Assembly (NCBI GenBank): GCA_041690135.1
Contig: JAWLHY010000009.1
Coordinates: forward strand, 32,001 to 96,000
Source: Armatimonadota bacterium
Lineage (GTDB): Bacteria; Armatimonadota; SYMT01
DNA: 64,000 nucleotides
Reading direction: 5' to 3'
The stretch's first letter is position 1, and every line of letters begins with the position of its first letter. Shown here one piece after another: positions 19,096-28,553 of the stretch. Position numbers and translations under genes: made by a program. The notes beneath the pieces are model-generated. The model made no database searches, was not told the DNA's origin, and was given only the letters and a program-made list of their open reading frames with translations.

Positions 19096-20112
19096 CTACG
19101 GCGGCGGCGCCGTAGTGGCCCGTATCACCAGCTCCGGGCTGGCGCGATGAGCTTGCTGTGCCACCGGTACACCATCGATCCGGTCGCCCAACAGGCGTGT
19201 TGCCCAGGCGCCGATCCGGGCCATGGGTTGCCGAATCGTCGTCAGGGGAGGGGTCACCAGCGCGGCCGCGGGTGTGTCGTCGAAGCCCACGATGGAAAGC
19301 TGTTCGGGAACGGAGATCCCCCGGTCACGGGCCGCGTCCAGGGCAGACAGGGCGAGCGCATCGTTCCCGGCGACAAGGGCGGTGGGGGGTTGGGGGAGTT
19401 GAAGCAGCCGGAGGGTGGGCTCGTAACCGGCCCCTAGATTGTAGCGAGCGGTTACCAGGAACTCGGCGGGCACCGGGAGCCCGGCCTCGGCCATGCCCCG
19501 TAGAAAGCCCTCCCGGCGCTCCCCCGCACTGGGCTGGGACTCTTCTCCCGTCAGATGGGCGATGCGCCGGTGTCCCAACTCTACCAGGTGCCGGACCGCA
19601 AGGCGCGTCCCCTCCGCGTTGTCGACGTCGACGAAGGGTAGGCCCGTTTCGGCTGCGATGGCTGCGGATACCACGATCACCGGCAGATCGAGGCCGGCGA
19701 GACCCTCGATCATGTCGTTATCGGTTGGGGGAGCGATGGCCAGGACACCGTCACACCGACCATCGCGAAGGGGTGCCGCGGAGGTGGCGGCGTCCTTCCA
19801 GCGCTGGGTGAAGAGCGTGACGTTGAAGCCGCGCTCGGCGGCGGCCGACATCACGCCTTCCAGGATGCCGGTTACATACTGGTTGGTAACGATGGCGGGC
19901 TCCACCCGCCCAAAGAGGACCCCCAGGGTGTTGACCCGGCGGTTCACCAGCGCGCGGGCCATCGCATTGGGGTGATAGTCGAGCTCTTCCATCGCCGCCA
20001 GCACGAGCCGGCGGGTCTCCTCCCGCACGGAGCGAGGCCCGTTGTTGATGACGTAGGAGACGGTGGCTACCGAAACTCCACTGGCTCGAGCAACGTCGCG
20101 AATGGTCGCCAT
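19096..20112 (-). CDS. LacI family transcriptional regulator
   Basis: MATIRDVARASGVSVATVSYVIN HTH, YHPNAMARAL hinge, GHRRIA, SIVGFDD and LTTIRQP. Confidence 0.96.
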   Translation of the reverse strand: MATIRDVARASGVSVATVSYVINNGPRSVREETRRLVLAAMEELDYHPNAMARALVNRRVNTLGVLFGRVEPAIVTNQYVTGILEGVMSAAAERGFNVTLFTQRWKDAATSAAPLRDGRCDGVLAIAPPTDNDMIEGLAGLDLPVIVVSAAIAAETGLPFVDVDNAEGTRLAVRHLVELGHRRIAHLTGEESQPSAGERREGFLRGMAEAGLPVPAEFLVTARYNLGAGYEPTLRLLQLPQPPTALVAGNDALALSALDAARDRGISVPEQLSIVGFDDTPAAALVTPPLTTIRQPMARIGAWATRLLGDRIDGVPVAQQAHRASPELVIRATTAPPP

Positions 20113-20154
20113 GGCAGGAAATCCGTAACCCGCTCAAAGTTCGCGCGACTCAGG

Positions 20155-20166
20155 TGAAACGGTTAG
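20155..20166. promoter_or_regulatory. Secondary LacI-type operator (TGAAACGGTTAG)
   Basis: Shares the GGTTAGAT half-site with the main operator 66 bp away. Confidence 0.55.
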
Positions 20167-20211
20167 ATTGGCGGAAAACTCCATGCCGAGGGGATGGGCA
20201 TGGTTGGGATC

Positions 20212-20240
20212 ATTGTAGCGCTAACCGGTTAGATCGTCAA
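20212..20240 (-). promoter_or_regulatory. Sigma70 promoter TTGACG-N17-TACAAT with LacI operator CTAACCGGTTAG in the spacer
   Basis: -35 at 20240-20235, -10 at 20217-20212, and a perfect 12-bp palindrome at 20221-20232 with a central CG. Confidence 0.8.
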
Positions 20241-20297
20241 CGTGCCCCGGAACTGCGAAACGCACTTTCCTCTTGCGTCCGCACCCGGTCCTCGGTC

Positions 20298-21356
20298 CTA
20301 TTCCTTATCCTTATCGGCCGCAGGCCGGTCCTTATCCGCGGCGGGCTCCCGGAAGGACCGCTCCACCATATCGTTGGGGTCGGTGGAGACCGGGCCATCG
20401 CGCCACAACCAGCGCATCATTTCCGGCATCATCGCGCCGCCCATTTTCTGGCCGTGCAGGGCCAGGCCCCACGAATAGTTCACGTCGTAGCCCTTGGTGG
20501 TGAGCGCCTTCTGCATGCGGACGTTCTGGAGGAACCAGTCCCACTTCTCGTCGTACACGCCGTTGCGGATACCCCGGTTGTCATTGCGGCCGTCGCAGAG
20601 GTAGATGCGGATCGGCTTCTTTGGGCTGGCCAGGATCTTATCGGGGTACATGTGTCCGCCGCGGATATTGGTGAAGCTGCCGACGTTACTCAGCACCTTC
20701 CGGAAGTGGTCCGGTCGCTCCCAGGCCACGGTGAACGCGGCGATGGCGCCGGAGCTCGAGCCGCCGATGCCATGGTGTTCGGGGTCTTTGGAGAGGTTGT
20801 ACTCCTTATACAGTACCGGCATCAGCTCTTCCGTGATCACCCGGGCGTAACGATCGTCCAGCGAGTTATATTCCGTGGGGCGGTTCGTGGTGCGGTCGCC
20901 CCACTCGCGCGCGTTCGGCTCCGGCTGTTCCGGTGTACGGCCGGGGTTGATGAACACGCCAATCATCACGGGGATCTCGCGCCGGTAGATCAGGTTGTCC
21001 ATCACGTTCTGCGCCCGGACGTCGCCGTTCTCTTCTTTGAACGCATGCCCGTCCTGAAACACCATCAGGGCTGCCGGCACTTTCGGATCATACTGCGCCG
21101 GCACATAGACCCAATAGGTGTGCTGCGTGCCGGGATACACTTTCGAGGGGAGGGTGTAAGGCCCGCGGATCTCGCCCTTGGGCACCCCCTCCTGCGGCAG
21201 CGAGTCCGGCCCCAGCCGGTACTGAGAGTTCGGGTTCGGCCCCGGCGGGAACTGCTGCCGGTTGCCGCTTCTCCGCGGCGCCTGCACCTGGGCGACGGCC
21301 ATCCCCGCGGTCGCCGCAAGCAACAAGCTGATGATTTGGGTCGTGGTGGTTCGCAC
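20298..21356 (-). CDS. Alpha/beta hydrolase, enterochelin esterase-like (secreted)
   Basis: Signal peptide, [20 protein letters not shown] nucleophile elbow. Confidence 0.85.
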   Translation of the reverse strand: MRTTTTQIISLLLAATAGMAVAQVQAPRRSGNRQQFPPGPNPNSQYRLGPDSLPQEGVPKGEIRGPYTLPSKVYPGTQHTYWVYVPAQYDPKVPAALMVFQDGHAFKEENGDVRAQNVMDNLIYRREIPVMIGVFINPGRTPEQPEPNAREWGDRTTNRPTEYNSLDDRYARVITEELMPVLYKEYNLSKDPEHHGIGGSSSGAIAAFTVAWERPDHFRKVLSNVGSFTNIRGGHMYPDKILASPKKPIRIYLCDGRNDNRGIRNGVYDEKWDWFLQNVRMQKALTTKGYDVNYSWGLALHGQKMGGAMMPEMMRWLWRDGPVSTDPNDMVERSFREPAADKDRPAADKDKE

Positions 21357-21498
21357 TGAAAACTCCTGATTTCAAATTCCTCATCCATGTTCGCCGCAGT
21401 CAGCTGCTGTTCCTGAACGCACAGGGGCGCGGGGTGCCGATACAATAAGGGGGCGACCTCCACCAGGTCCGCGCGTAATGCCCCGTTTGGAGTTCCCG

Positions 21499-23418
21499 AT
21501 GAACCGTGCCGTCCTTCTGCTCCCGCTCCTCGCCAGTACCGCCGTCCTCCCGGCGACAGCCCAGACCTGGCCGGCGCCGCCCCCCAGTCAGACGCTGACC
21601 GCCGAGCAATTGGCGCAGATCCAGCAGCGCCGCGAGACCCTGCTGGCCCGGGTACGGCTGCTGGCGGAACAGCGGAACGTGCACACGGCCGATGCGGCGG
21701 TGTTTCTCCACACGGCCACGATCGCGGAGAAACTGGGACTCTACACCAAGAAGGACCACGCCGCACAGGTCGCGGCGGTGGTGCGGGGCCTGGAGTTGGG
21801 CATCGAGCGGGCCGATCTGCTGGTGCGCAACGAACGCCCATGGGCGCAGAAGCCGGGCCGGAGCCTGCGCGGCTACCTGAGCAGAGTGGATGGATCGGTG
21901 CAGCCCTACGGCGTGGTGCTGCCGGCCAACTATGATCCCACCTCGAAGACGAAGCTGCGCCTGGATGTGGTGTTGCACGGCCGCGGCACGCAAGAAATCC
22001 GTTTCCTACAGGAGAACGAGCGGCCGCCCTCCGCCAACGCCCCGAAGCCCGCGGACGGCCTGGCGCCGAATTATATCGAGCTCCACTGCTTCGGACGGGG
22101 AAACAACGGCTGGCGCTGGGCGGGAGAGACCGACGTGTTCGAGGCGCTGGAGGCCGTGAAGCGGGAGTACCCGATCGACCCGGACCGCATCCTCCTCCGC
22201 GGCTTCTCGATGGGAGGTCACGGCGCCTGGCACATCGGGGTCCACCATCCGGACCTGTGGGCGGGGGTGAACCCGGGGGCGGGGTTTTCGGAGACCCGGA
22301 AGTACACACAGGTGAAGCAGGACCCGCCGGATTACCAGCTCAAAGGCTGGCACATCTACGACGCGGTCGACTACGCGCTCAACCTTTTCAACACGCCCTT
22401 TTACGGTTACGGGGGGGAACTGGATCCGCAGCTCGCCGCGGCGATGAACATGAAGGAGGCGGCCGCGAAGGAGGGGATCGAGCTCAAGGTCTTCGTCGGA
22501 CCGAAGACGGAGCACCGCGAGCATCCGGACAGCAAGCGGGAGATCATGCGTCTCCTGGCCCGGCACGAGCGACCGGAGCGACCGGAACTGGTTAAGTTCT
22601 CTACCTGGACCCTCCGGTACAACCGCTGCCACTGGGTGACCCTCGAAGGGCTGGAAGAACACTACCGGCGCGCGAATGTCGTGGCCGACGCGACCTCCCA
22701 GACGCTGAAAGTGAAGACCGATAACGTCACCGGGCTGACGCTGGATCCCCTCCCGCGCGCCGTGACCCAGGTGGAGATCGATGGCCAGGTGCTGCCGGTC
22801 AGGCCGGCCCATCCGATCCATCTGAAGCGCCAGAAGGGGAAGTGGCAGGCCGGGCAACTCGAGAAGGGTCTGCGGAAGCGTCACCGGCTCCAGGGCCCTA
22901 TCGACGATGCCTTTACGGACACCTTCTTCGTCGTGCGCGGCACCGGCTCGCCGTGGAACCCGGCGACGCAGATCTATGCGGAAAAGGCGCTCCAGCAGTT
23001 CGTGTCCGACTGGCGCTACGGGTTCCGCGGAGAACTGGCGGTATTCCCGGATACCGAGGTGAACCAGGCCCATTGGATGCGCGGCAATCTGGTGTTGTTT
23101 GGGGATCCCGGCTCGAATAAGATTCTGGCGAAGATCGCCGGAAAACTGCCGATCCGCTGGACGCGGGACGGAGTCCAGGTGGGCAAGCAGCGCTATGGTG
23201 CGGATGCGGTGCCCGCGCTGATCTTCCCGAACCCGCTCAACCGCGACCGGTACGTGGTGATCAATACCGGCCACACCTTTACCCGGAAGGATCTGGAAGG
23301 GACCAACGCCCTCCTCACGCCGAAGTGGGGCGACTGGGCGGTTCTCAAGCCCGGCAAGGAGGGTCCCGAGATAGCCGCCGCGGGCTTCTTCGACGAAGAG
23401 TGGAAGCTCAAGGACTGA
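21499..23418 (+). CDS. Secreted alpha/beta hydrolase (prolyl oligopeptidase-like)
   Basis: Signal peptide, DGSVQPY, VVLHGRG and RGFSMGG (GxSxG). Confidence 0.8.
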   Translation: MNRAVLLLPLLASTAVLPATAQTWPAPPPSQTLTAEQLAQIQQRRETLLARVRLLAEQRNVHTADAAVFLHTATIAEKLGLYTKKDHAAQVAAVVRGLELGIERADLLVRNERPWAQKPGRSLRGYLSRVDGSVQPYGVVLPANYDPTSKTKLRLDVVLHGRGTQEIRFLQENERPPSANAPKPADGLAPNYIELHCFGRGNNGWRWAGETDVFEALEAVKREYPIDPDRILLRGFSMGGHGAWHIGVHHPDLWAGVNPGAGFSETRKYTQVKQDPPDYQLKGWHIYDAVDYALNLFNTPFYGYGGELDPQLAAAMNMKEAAAKEGIELKVFVGPKTEHREHPDSKREIMRLLARHERPERPELVKFSTWTLRYNRCHWVTLEGLEEHYRRANVVADATSQTLKVKTDNVTGLTLDPLPRAVTQVEIDGQVLPVRPAHPIHLKRQKGKWQAGQLEKGLRKRHRLQGPIDDAFTDTFFVVRGTGSPWNPATQIYAEKALQQFVSDWRYGFRGELAVFPDTEVNQAHWMRGNLVLFGDPGSNKILAKIAGKLPIRWTRDGVQVGKQRYGADAVPALIFPNPLNRDRYVVINTGHTFTRKDLEGTNALLTPKWGDWAVLKPGKEGPEIAAAGFFDEEWKLKD

Positions 23419-23427
23419 TCTTACGGC

Positions 23428-23877
23428 ATGGGTCGCGCAATTCTGGTCGTTTCCATCATCGTTCTGTGCAGCTTCATCTTTGTGCTGCTCCAACTCTGGC
23501 AGCGGGCGCCCGCGGGGGTGGTGCCCGCGCCCGCCGGCGGCGCTCCCGTGCTGGAGATGCGGGACGATGGCTCCGTGTATGCGGTGAGCCTCCGGTTGAA
23601 GCGCCTGGAAGAGCGGCTGATGGAGGCGGAGAAGCGGGCGGTGGACCTGGAGCAATCGCTGACCTCTGCCCGCACCGAACGAGATGAGTTGAAGGGACAG
23701 GTCAACCGCCTCGAAGGAGAGGTGTCGCGTCTCCAGCGGCGGCTGGAAGAAGCGAGCCCGCAGTCGGTGTTGCCGCCCGCGAATGCGCCCACCGAAGTTA
23801 CGCCTCCCACGGAGCCGCCAGTTACCCCCACGCTTCCCGGCCCCATGCCTCCCACCACGCCCACCCCCGGCCAATAG
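23428..23877 (+). CDS. Hypothetical membrane-anchored coiled-coil protein
   Basis: N-terminal TM helix, heptad coiled coil and Pro/Thr-rich tail. Confidence 0.7.
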   Translation: MGRAILVVSIIVLCSFIFVLLQLWQRAPAGVVPAPAGGAPVLEMRDDGSVYAVSLRLKRLEERLMEAEKRAVDLEQSLTSARTERDELKGQVNRLEGEVSRLQRRLEEASPQSVLPPANAPTEVTPPTEPPVTPTLPGPMPPTTPTPGQ

Positions 23878-23880
23878 AAG

Positions 23881-23988
23881 CTTCCCCATCCCCCCTTCTC
23901 CCCTCCACCCTTGCCCCCTTCTCCCCTCCACCCTTGCCCCCTTACCCCCTTGCCCCCTGGCCCCCAGTCCCCAATCCCCGGCCCCACT
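23881..23988. repeat. C-rich octamer/heptamer tandem array
   Basis: CCCCCTT(G/C/A)-type units followed by CCCCAGT/CCCCAAT units. Confidence 0.75.
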
Positions 23989-24090
23989 CATGGGGAGGAT
24001 TCCCTCGCCCAAAGCGTGAACGCCAACGCGGTAGAATGCCTGCGCGGCAGTAGAGCAGGCGTTCGGCGAACCCCGAAAGGTGCAGTCCCC

Positions 24091-26433
24091 ATGCAGCGAA
24101 AGCTTCCCGTTATCGTGCTCGGCGCGAGCCTGACCCTCCTGGCCGGTTCCCTCGTTTCGGCCCAGCGCCTGCCCGTTCGCCGGCATACGGACGATCTCCG
24201 TAGCCCGGCCGTGCGGCTATTGCCGGGCCTCCGCCCCAGCGAGCACCTGCTGTTCAATGGATGGGGCCTCGCACCGGCCGGCCGCCACGAACCGGTGAGC
24301 GATATGCCGCTCAAGCTGGTGCTTTCGCCGGATGGGCAGTATCTCGCCGCCGTACACGGCGGGCACAACGGCACGGGCCTCACACTGCTGCACGCGGCCG
24401 AGAAGCGGGTGACGCAGTTCGTACCGTTGAAGCAGGCCTGGAATGGGGTGGTTTTTGCGAACGACGGGAAGCGCCTTTTCGTCGGCGGTGGCGCCTCCGG
24501 ACAAATCCATGTGTTCTCCCACCAGAACGGCCGGGTTGTGGAAGAAAAGAGCCTCGCTCCGGCGGGTTCCGGCGGGGAGGCGTTCGTGTCCGGATTGGCC
24601 GTGCACCCGAGTACCGGGAAGCTGTACGCCTGCAACGAGGCGGGGCACGAGGTGTGGGTGATCGACCCCCGCACGCTGGAGCGGGAGGCGGTGATCCCGG
24701 TCGGCGCGCATCCGCACTCCTGCGCATTCGGGGCGGATGGGCGGCATCTCTACGTCTCGAACTGGGGGAACCGCTCCGTGAGCGTGGTCGACACGGAGCG
24801 CGGGCGGCGCGTGAACGAAATCCCCGTGGGCATCCGGCCGAACGACCTGGCCGTGGCCCCGGATGGTCGCCTGTTCGTCGCCTGCGCGGGAGACAACACC
24901 GTCCACATCATCCAGACCCGAAGCAATGTGAGCGTGAAGGGGGGCCTCCCCGTCCTGCTGCGGCCGGATCACCTTGAGGAGATCCTTTCCACCTCCCTCT
25001 ATCCGGCTTCGCCCGAGGGGAGCACGCCGGTTGGGGTGGCGGTCTCCCCGGACGGGGGCGCGCTCTACGTCGCCAACGCGGATAACAACAACGTCCTGGT
25101 GGCCGACATCTCGGATCGGAGAAGGGCGCGGACGCTGGGTTTCATTCCGGTCGGGTGGTATCCCACTGCCGTGGCGGTAAGCCCCACCGGGACGCTGATC
25201 GTGGCCAACGGCAAGGGGCTGGCCTCCCGGGAGAACTACCCGGCGCGCACTCCGGACCCGGTGCGGCTGCATCGTCCGCCGGTCTTCGACGCGCCCGGAA
25301 AGCAGTTCCAGGGCAGCCTCTCGTTTATCGCACCCCCATCGACGTCCCAGTTGGCGGAATACACGGAGCAGGTCCGGCGCAACACTCCCTATACGCCCGA
25401 AACGCTCGCGAAAGCCCCGGTGAAGAGCGACAGCGTCATCCCGGATGCGGCACCGGCCGCGGGGACGACTCCCTGCCCGATCCGATACGTGCTCTATATC
25501 GTTAAGGAGAACCGCTCCTACGACCAGGTGTTCGGCGATTTCCGCAACGCGCGCGGCAAGAAGGTCGGCAATGGGGCCGCGGAGCTGGTGATGTTCGGGG
25601 AAGAGGTAACGCCCAACCATCATGCCCTCGCGCGGGACTACGTCCTCCTGGACAACCTCTACAGCAACGCCGAGGTCAGCCACGACGGCCACAGTTGGGC
25701 GTCCGGTGCCCTGGCGACGGACTACACGCAGCGCGCGTGGATGATGGCCCAGTCCGGGCGCGGCTCGCTGCCGGGGAACCCGGAGATGGCGACCCCCGCG
25801 GCCGGTTACCTCTGGGAGCAGTGCCGGCGCAGCGGCATTCCGTACCGCTTCTACGGTGAACTGGGAGCGGCGGCCCCGAGCAGCCAGCGCGGGACCTGGA
25901 TTGAAGGCCGGGACATGGACCGCGTCCAGGGCTGGATCCAGGACCTGGAAACCGCGGAGAAGACCGGCGAACTGCCGCGTCTGATGGTGATGTCGCTGCC
26001 GGAAGACCGTACCTTCGGCGCCACCCAGGGAGTGGCGACGCCGGACGCGTGTGTGGCCAGCAACGATATCGCTCTGGGCCGAATCGTGGCCGCCGCGAGC
26101 CGGAGCCGCTTCTGGAAGGAGATGGCCATCTTCGTCGTCGAGGACGACGCCCAGGGCGGTCCCGACCACGTCGACTCGCACCGCATCCCCGGCCTGGTAA
26201 TCAGCCCGTGGGCGAAGCGCGGCGTGGTGGACAGCACCCACTACACCACCGCCGGCGTCCTCCGCACCATGGAGTTGATCCTCGGCCTGCCGCCGATGAC
26301 CCAGTACGACGCTGCGGCGACCCCGCTCTTCCGCTCCTTCCGTGAGGCGAGCGCCGGCCCGAAGGTGACCCAATACGTGCCCCTTGTCCCCAAGGTGGAC
26401 GTTCATGCGGTGAACCCGGCGAATTCCCCGTAA
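24091..26433 (+). CDS. Bifunctional YncE (YVTN beta-propeller) / phosphoesterase-alkaline phosphatase family protein
   Basis: YVTN repeats (IPVGAHP, LYVSNWG, IPVGWYP), then KENRSYDQVFG, TPNHHALA and EDDAQGGPDHVDSHR. Confidence 0.85.
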   Translation: MQRKLPVIVLGASLTLLAGSLVSAQRLPVRRHTDDLRSPAVRLLPGLRPSEHLLFNGWGLAPAGRHEPVSDMPLKLVLSPDGQYLAAVHGGHNGTGLTLLHAAEKRVTQFVPLKQAWNGVVFANDGKRLFVGGGASGQIHVFSHQNGRVVEEKSLAPAGSGGEAFVSGLAVHPSTGKLYACNEAGHEVWVIDPRTLEREAVIPVGAHPHSCAFGADGRHLYVSNWGNRSVSVVDTERGRRVNEIPVGIRPNDLAVAPDGRLFVACAGDNTVHIIQTRSNVSVKGGLPVLLRPDHLEEILSTSLYPASPEGSTPVGVAVSPDGGALYVANADNNNVLVADISDRRRARTLGFIPVGWYPTAVAVSPTGTLIVANGKGLASRENYPARTPDPVRLHRPPVFDAPGKQFQGSLSFIAPPSTSQLAEYTEQVRRNTPYTPETLAKAPVKSDSVIPDAAPAAGTTPCPIRYVLYIVKENRSYDQVFGDFRNARGKKVGNGAAELVMFGEEVTPNHHALARDYVLLDNLYSNAEVSHDGHSWASGALATDYTQRAWMMAQSGRGSLPGNPEMATPAAGYLWEQCRRSGIPYRFYGELGAAAPSSQRGTWIEGRDMDRVQGWIQDLETAEKTGELPRLMVMSLPEDRTFGATQGVATPDACVASNDIALGRIVAAASRSRFWKEMAIFVVEDDAQGGPDHVDSHRIPGLVISPWAKRGVVDSTHYTTAGVLRTMELILGLPPMTQYDAAATPLFRSFREASAGPKVTQYVPLVPKVDVHAVNPANSP

Positions 26434-26581
26434 GTCCTGGGCCGGGGCTTCCCGGTAGGATGAAGGTGAGAATGGGGGAATTGAAGGATGTGCGATGGCC
26501 GATTTGTAACGGCAGCCGTTGCCCCAAACCCCCAGTTGCCCGTACCCGCGATGCTGCAGCGGGTGCAAGGAGGGCGGACGC

Positions 26582-27790
26582 ATGAACAGACGACAGTTCT
26601 GTGGTAAGTCCGGGTGGATGCTTTCCGCGGCGGCACTGCCTTCCGCAATAGCGGTCCCCGGGGCGAGTGCTGCCGAAGCGCCAGTCACGCTGGAAGCGGA
26701 CGGTCTTTCGCTCGTCGATCTGGCCCGGGAGTTGACGCGCCAGTCCGGAGTCACGCACCGCGCTACAGGGAAGGAAGCGAGCCAGCAGCGAGTTGTCATC
26801 TTCTGCCGGGATCAGTCCGCTGCAAGTGTGCGGCAGGCGGTCGAGTCACTACTGGGGTGGACCTGGAGTGAGTCGGCGGGTGCGGGAGCCAAGACTCTTA
26901 CGCTCGTGAAGGGCCTGAACCAACGCAAGCGCGAGGCGGCCTTGCGCGCGCAGTTCCATGCGGACTACCAGGGTCTGTTTCGCGAACTTATCGAGCGCGC
27001 GAACGAAGGGGATCAAGAGAGGCCGAGGGATATTCTGTCGAACATGCTGGTGGCCCCGAGTTCCAAGGCGTTGATAGGCGGCCTGAGCTCCTTCGCCGCG
27101 CCGCACTTGCAGGTCCTTTTCCACGGTCGGGGGTTTGCCGGGCCTCTCCGAAGCAACGCGCCCGAAATGCGAGGGTTACTGGACGGAGTTCTAGCCGCTT
27201 ACGAGCAGGGGAAACCTGAACGCACCGTCGTGGACGCAGCAGATCACGTGCGTCTTGAACTGGCTCGCGACGCGACCGGCCGGCCGGACAGCCTGCAGCT
27301 CTCCACCTATCGAAACGGGCAGTTGCAACTCCAGTTCAATGCCGGGCACGTGGTGCAGGCGCAGGTCCTGGGTCGCAAACCTGGCGTGGAGCCGCGCCCT
27401 TTGCGATCTCCTCAACTCCTGCGCGACCGCCGGTTCCAGGTGCCGTTACCGGCGCAACCGCCTCTCGAGTGGCCGAAGCCGCCCGCGAAGGAGCCCACGC
27501 AGATCGGCTGGCAAGTGCGGGCACTCAGCCGGCACACCCCGCTTCCGTTGATCGCCGACTGCTACCCAGAGATGGAGGTGGTGACCATTCCTTTCAACCA
27601 GATTCGCCCCCCGTCTCCCGCTCCGCGCCTGAGTGGCGTAAGCTTGAGGAAGGCCCTGGATCGGATCGAGGAAGACTACTTCTACGATTGGGAGTTTCGC
27701 GGCGATTGGGTGATGCTCCGGTACCGCCAGTGGTACTGGGAACCGCTGCGCCAGGCGAACGGCAAGCCCGCGTCCGGTGCCAAGAGGTAA
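26582..27790 (+). CDS. Hypothetical Tat-exported protein with STN-like domains
   Basis: MNRRQF twin-arginine signal; N- and C-terminal segments resemble secretin/TonB N-terminal (STN) domains. Confidence 0.6.
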   Translation: MNRRQFCGKSGWMLSAAALPSAIAVPGASAAEAPVTLEADGLSLVDLARELTRQSGVTHRATGKEASQQRVVIFCRDQSAASVRQAVESLLGWTWSESAGAGAKTLTLVKGLNQRKREAALRAQFHADYQGLFRELIERANEGDQERPRDILSNMLVAPSSKALIGGLSSFAAPHLQVLFHGRGFAGPLRSNAPEMRGLLDGVLAAYEQGKPERTVVDAADHVRLELARDATGRPDSLQLSTYRNGQLQLQFNAGHVVQAQVLGRKPGVEPRPLRSPQLLRDRRFQVPLPAQPPLEWPKPPAKEPTQIGWQVRALSRHTPLPLIADCYPEMEVVTIPFNQIRPPSPAPRLSGVSLRKALDRIEEDYFYDWEFRGDWVMLRYRQWYWEPLRQANGKPASGAKR

Positions 27791-27796
27791 AGGACG

Positions 27797-28453
27797 TCAG
27801 TCCTCGATCCAGCCCGCGTAGTACGGCCGGAGCGCCTCCGGAAGCGGGCGGCGGCCGAAATGGTACCGCTCCAGGATCCGCACGTGGCACTCGTCCGGCG
27901 AGCGGCGGTCTTTGTAGCCGGCGAGGCAGGCGTCGAGCCAGGCGGTGAGGTCCGAAGAAGCGCGCTCCAGGTCGCGCAGCACTTCCGGAAAGGCGTCCCG
28001 CAGCTTGCGAGGCAGCTTGGGCCAGAAAACGTGCGCGAACTCGTGGGCCAACACCGGCGGGGTGAGGGCACCGGCCACCCCGGCGATGAGCGGGAGCGGC
28101 CGCAGGCAAACCGCGCCAATCCAGGGGGTGCTCGGCAGAGCGCCCCCGCCGGGGATCCAGCGCGGCACCAGGTACACGCCGGCCACGGCTCCTGCCCACG
28201 CCACGCCGGTGGGCACCCGCACCACCGCTATCCGGTCCAGCATGCGCCGGGCGGTGGGGGTGAACCGGCCGTAGGTATAGGCCTCTTCGCGAAGCTCGCG
28301 ACCGGCACCGGCCCACGCCAGCCAGAACCGGGCCGCCCCCTCTTGCCGGAGATCGGCGCGTGCCTGGGTTAGCCAGGTGGGACCTGTAGGGTGCGGCTTT
28401 TTTGCGGTGGACGGGTCATCAGGCCCCCCTGTGGGGGGTAAACATTCAGGCAT
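27797..28453 (-). CDS. Hypothetical protein with HExxH zinc-metalloprotease motif
   Basis: VLAHEFAH with a downstream DECH; start uncertain because it overlaps repeats. Confidence 0.5.
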   Translation of the reverse strand: MPECLPPTGGPDDPSTAKKPHPTGPTWLTQARADLRQEGAARFWLAWAGAGRELREEAYTYGRFTPTARRMLDRIAVVRVPTGVAWAGAVAGVYLVPRWIPGGGALPSTPWIGAVCLRPLPLIAGVAGALTPPVLAHEFAHVFWPKLPRKLRDAFPEVLRDLERASSDLTAWLDACLAGYKDRRSPDECHVRILERYHFGRRPLPEALRPYYAGWIED

Positions 28454-28496
28454 TCACGCGTTCGGCATTCAGGCCCCCCTGTGGGGGTAAACGTTC
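28419..28496. repeat. Two ~28-bp direct repeats with an internal hairpin
   Basis: TCAGGCCCCCCTGTGGGGG(G)TAAAC(A/G)TTC at 28419 and 28469 (50-bp period). Confidence 0.75.
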
Positions 28497-28553
28497 GGAT
28501 GGTGAGTGGTCAGGAGTTGGGGTGGGCGGTACACGTTTTGAATTCAACGTCTC

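Noticed and set aside
28419-28496. Possible mini-CRISPR (two ~28-bp hairpin repeats)
   Set aside because: Only two copies, the 21-bp spacer is itself made of GGCATTCA-like units, and there are no cas genes in the window.
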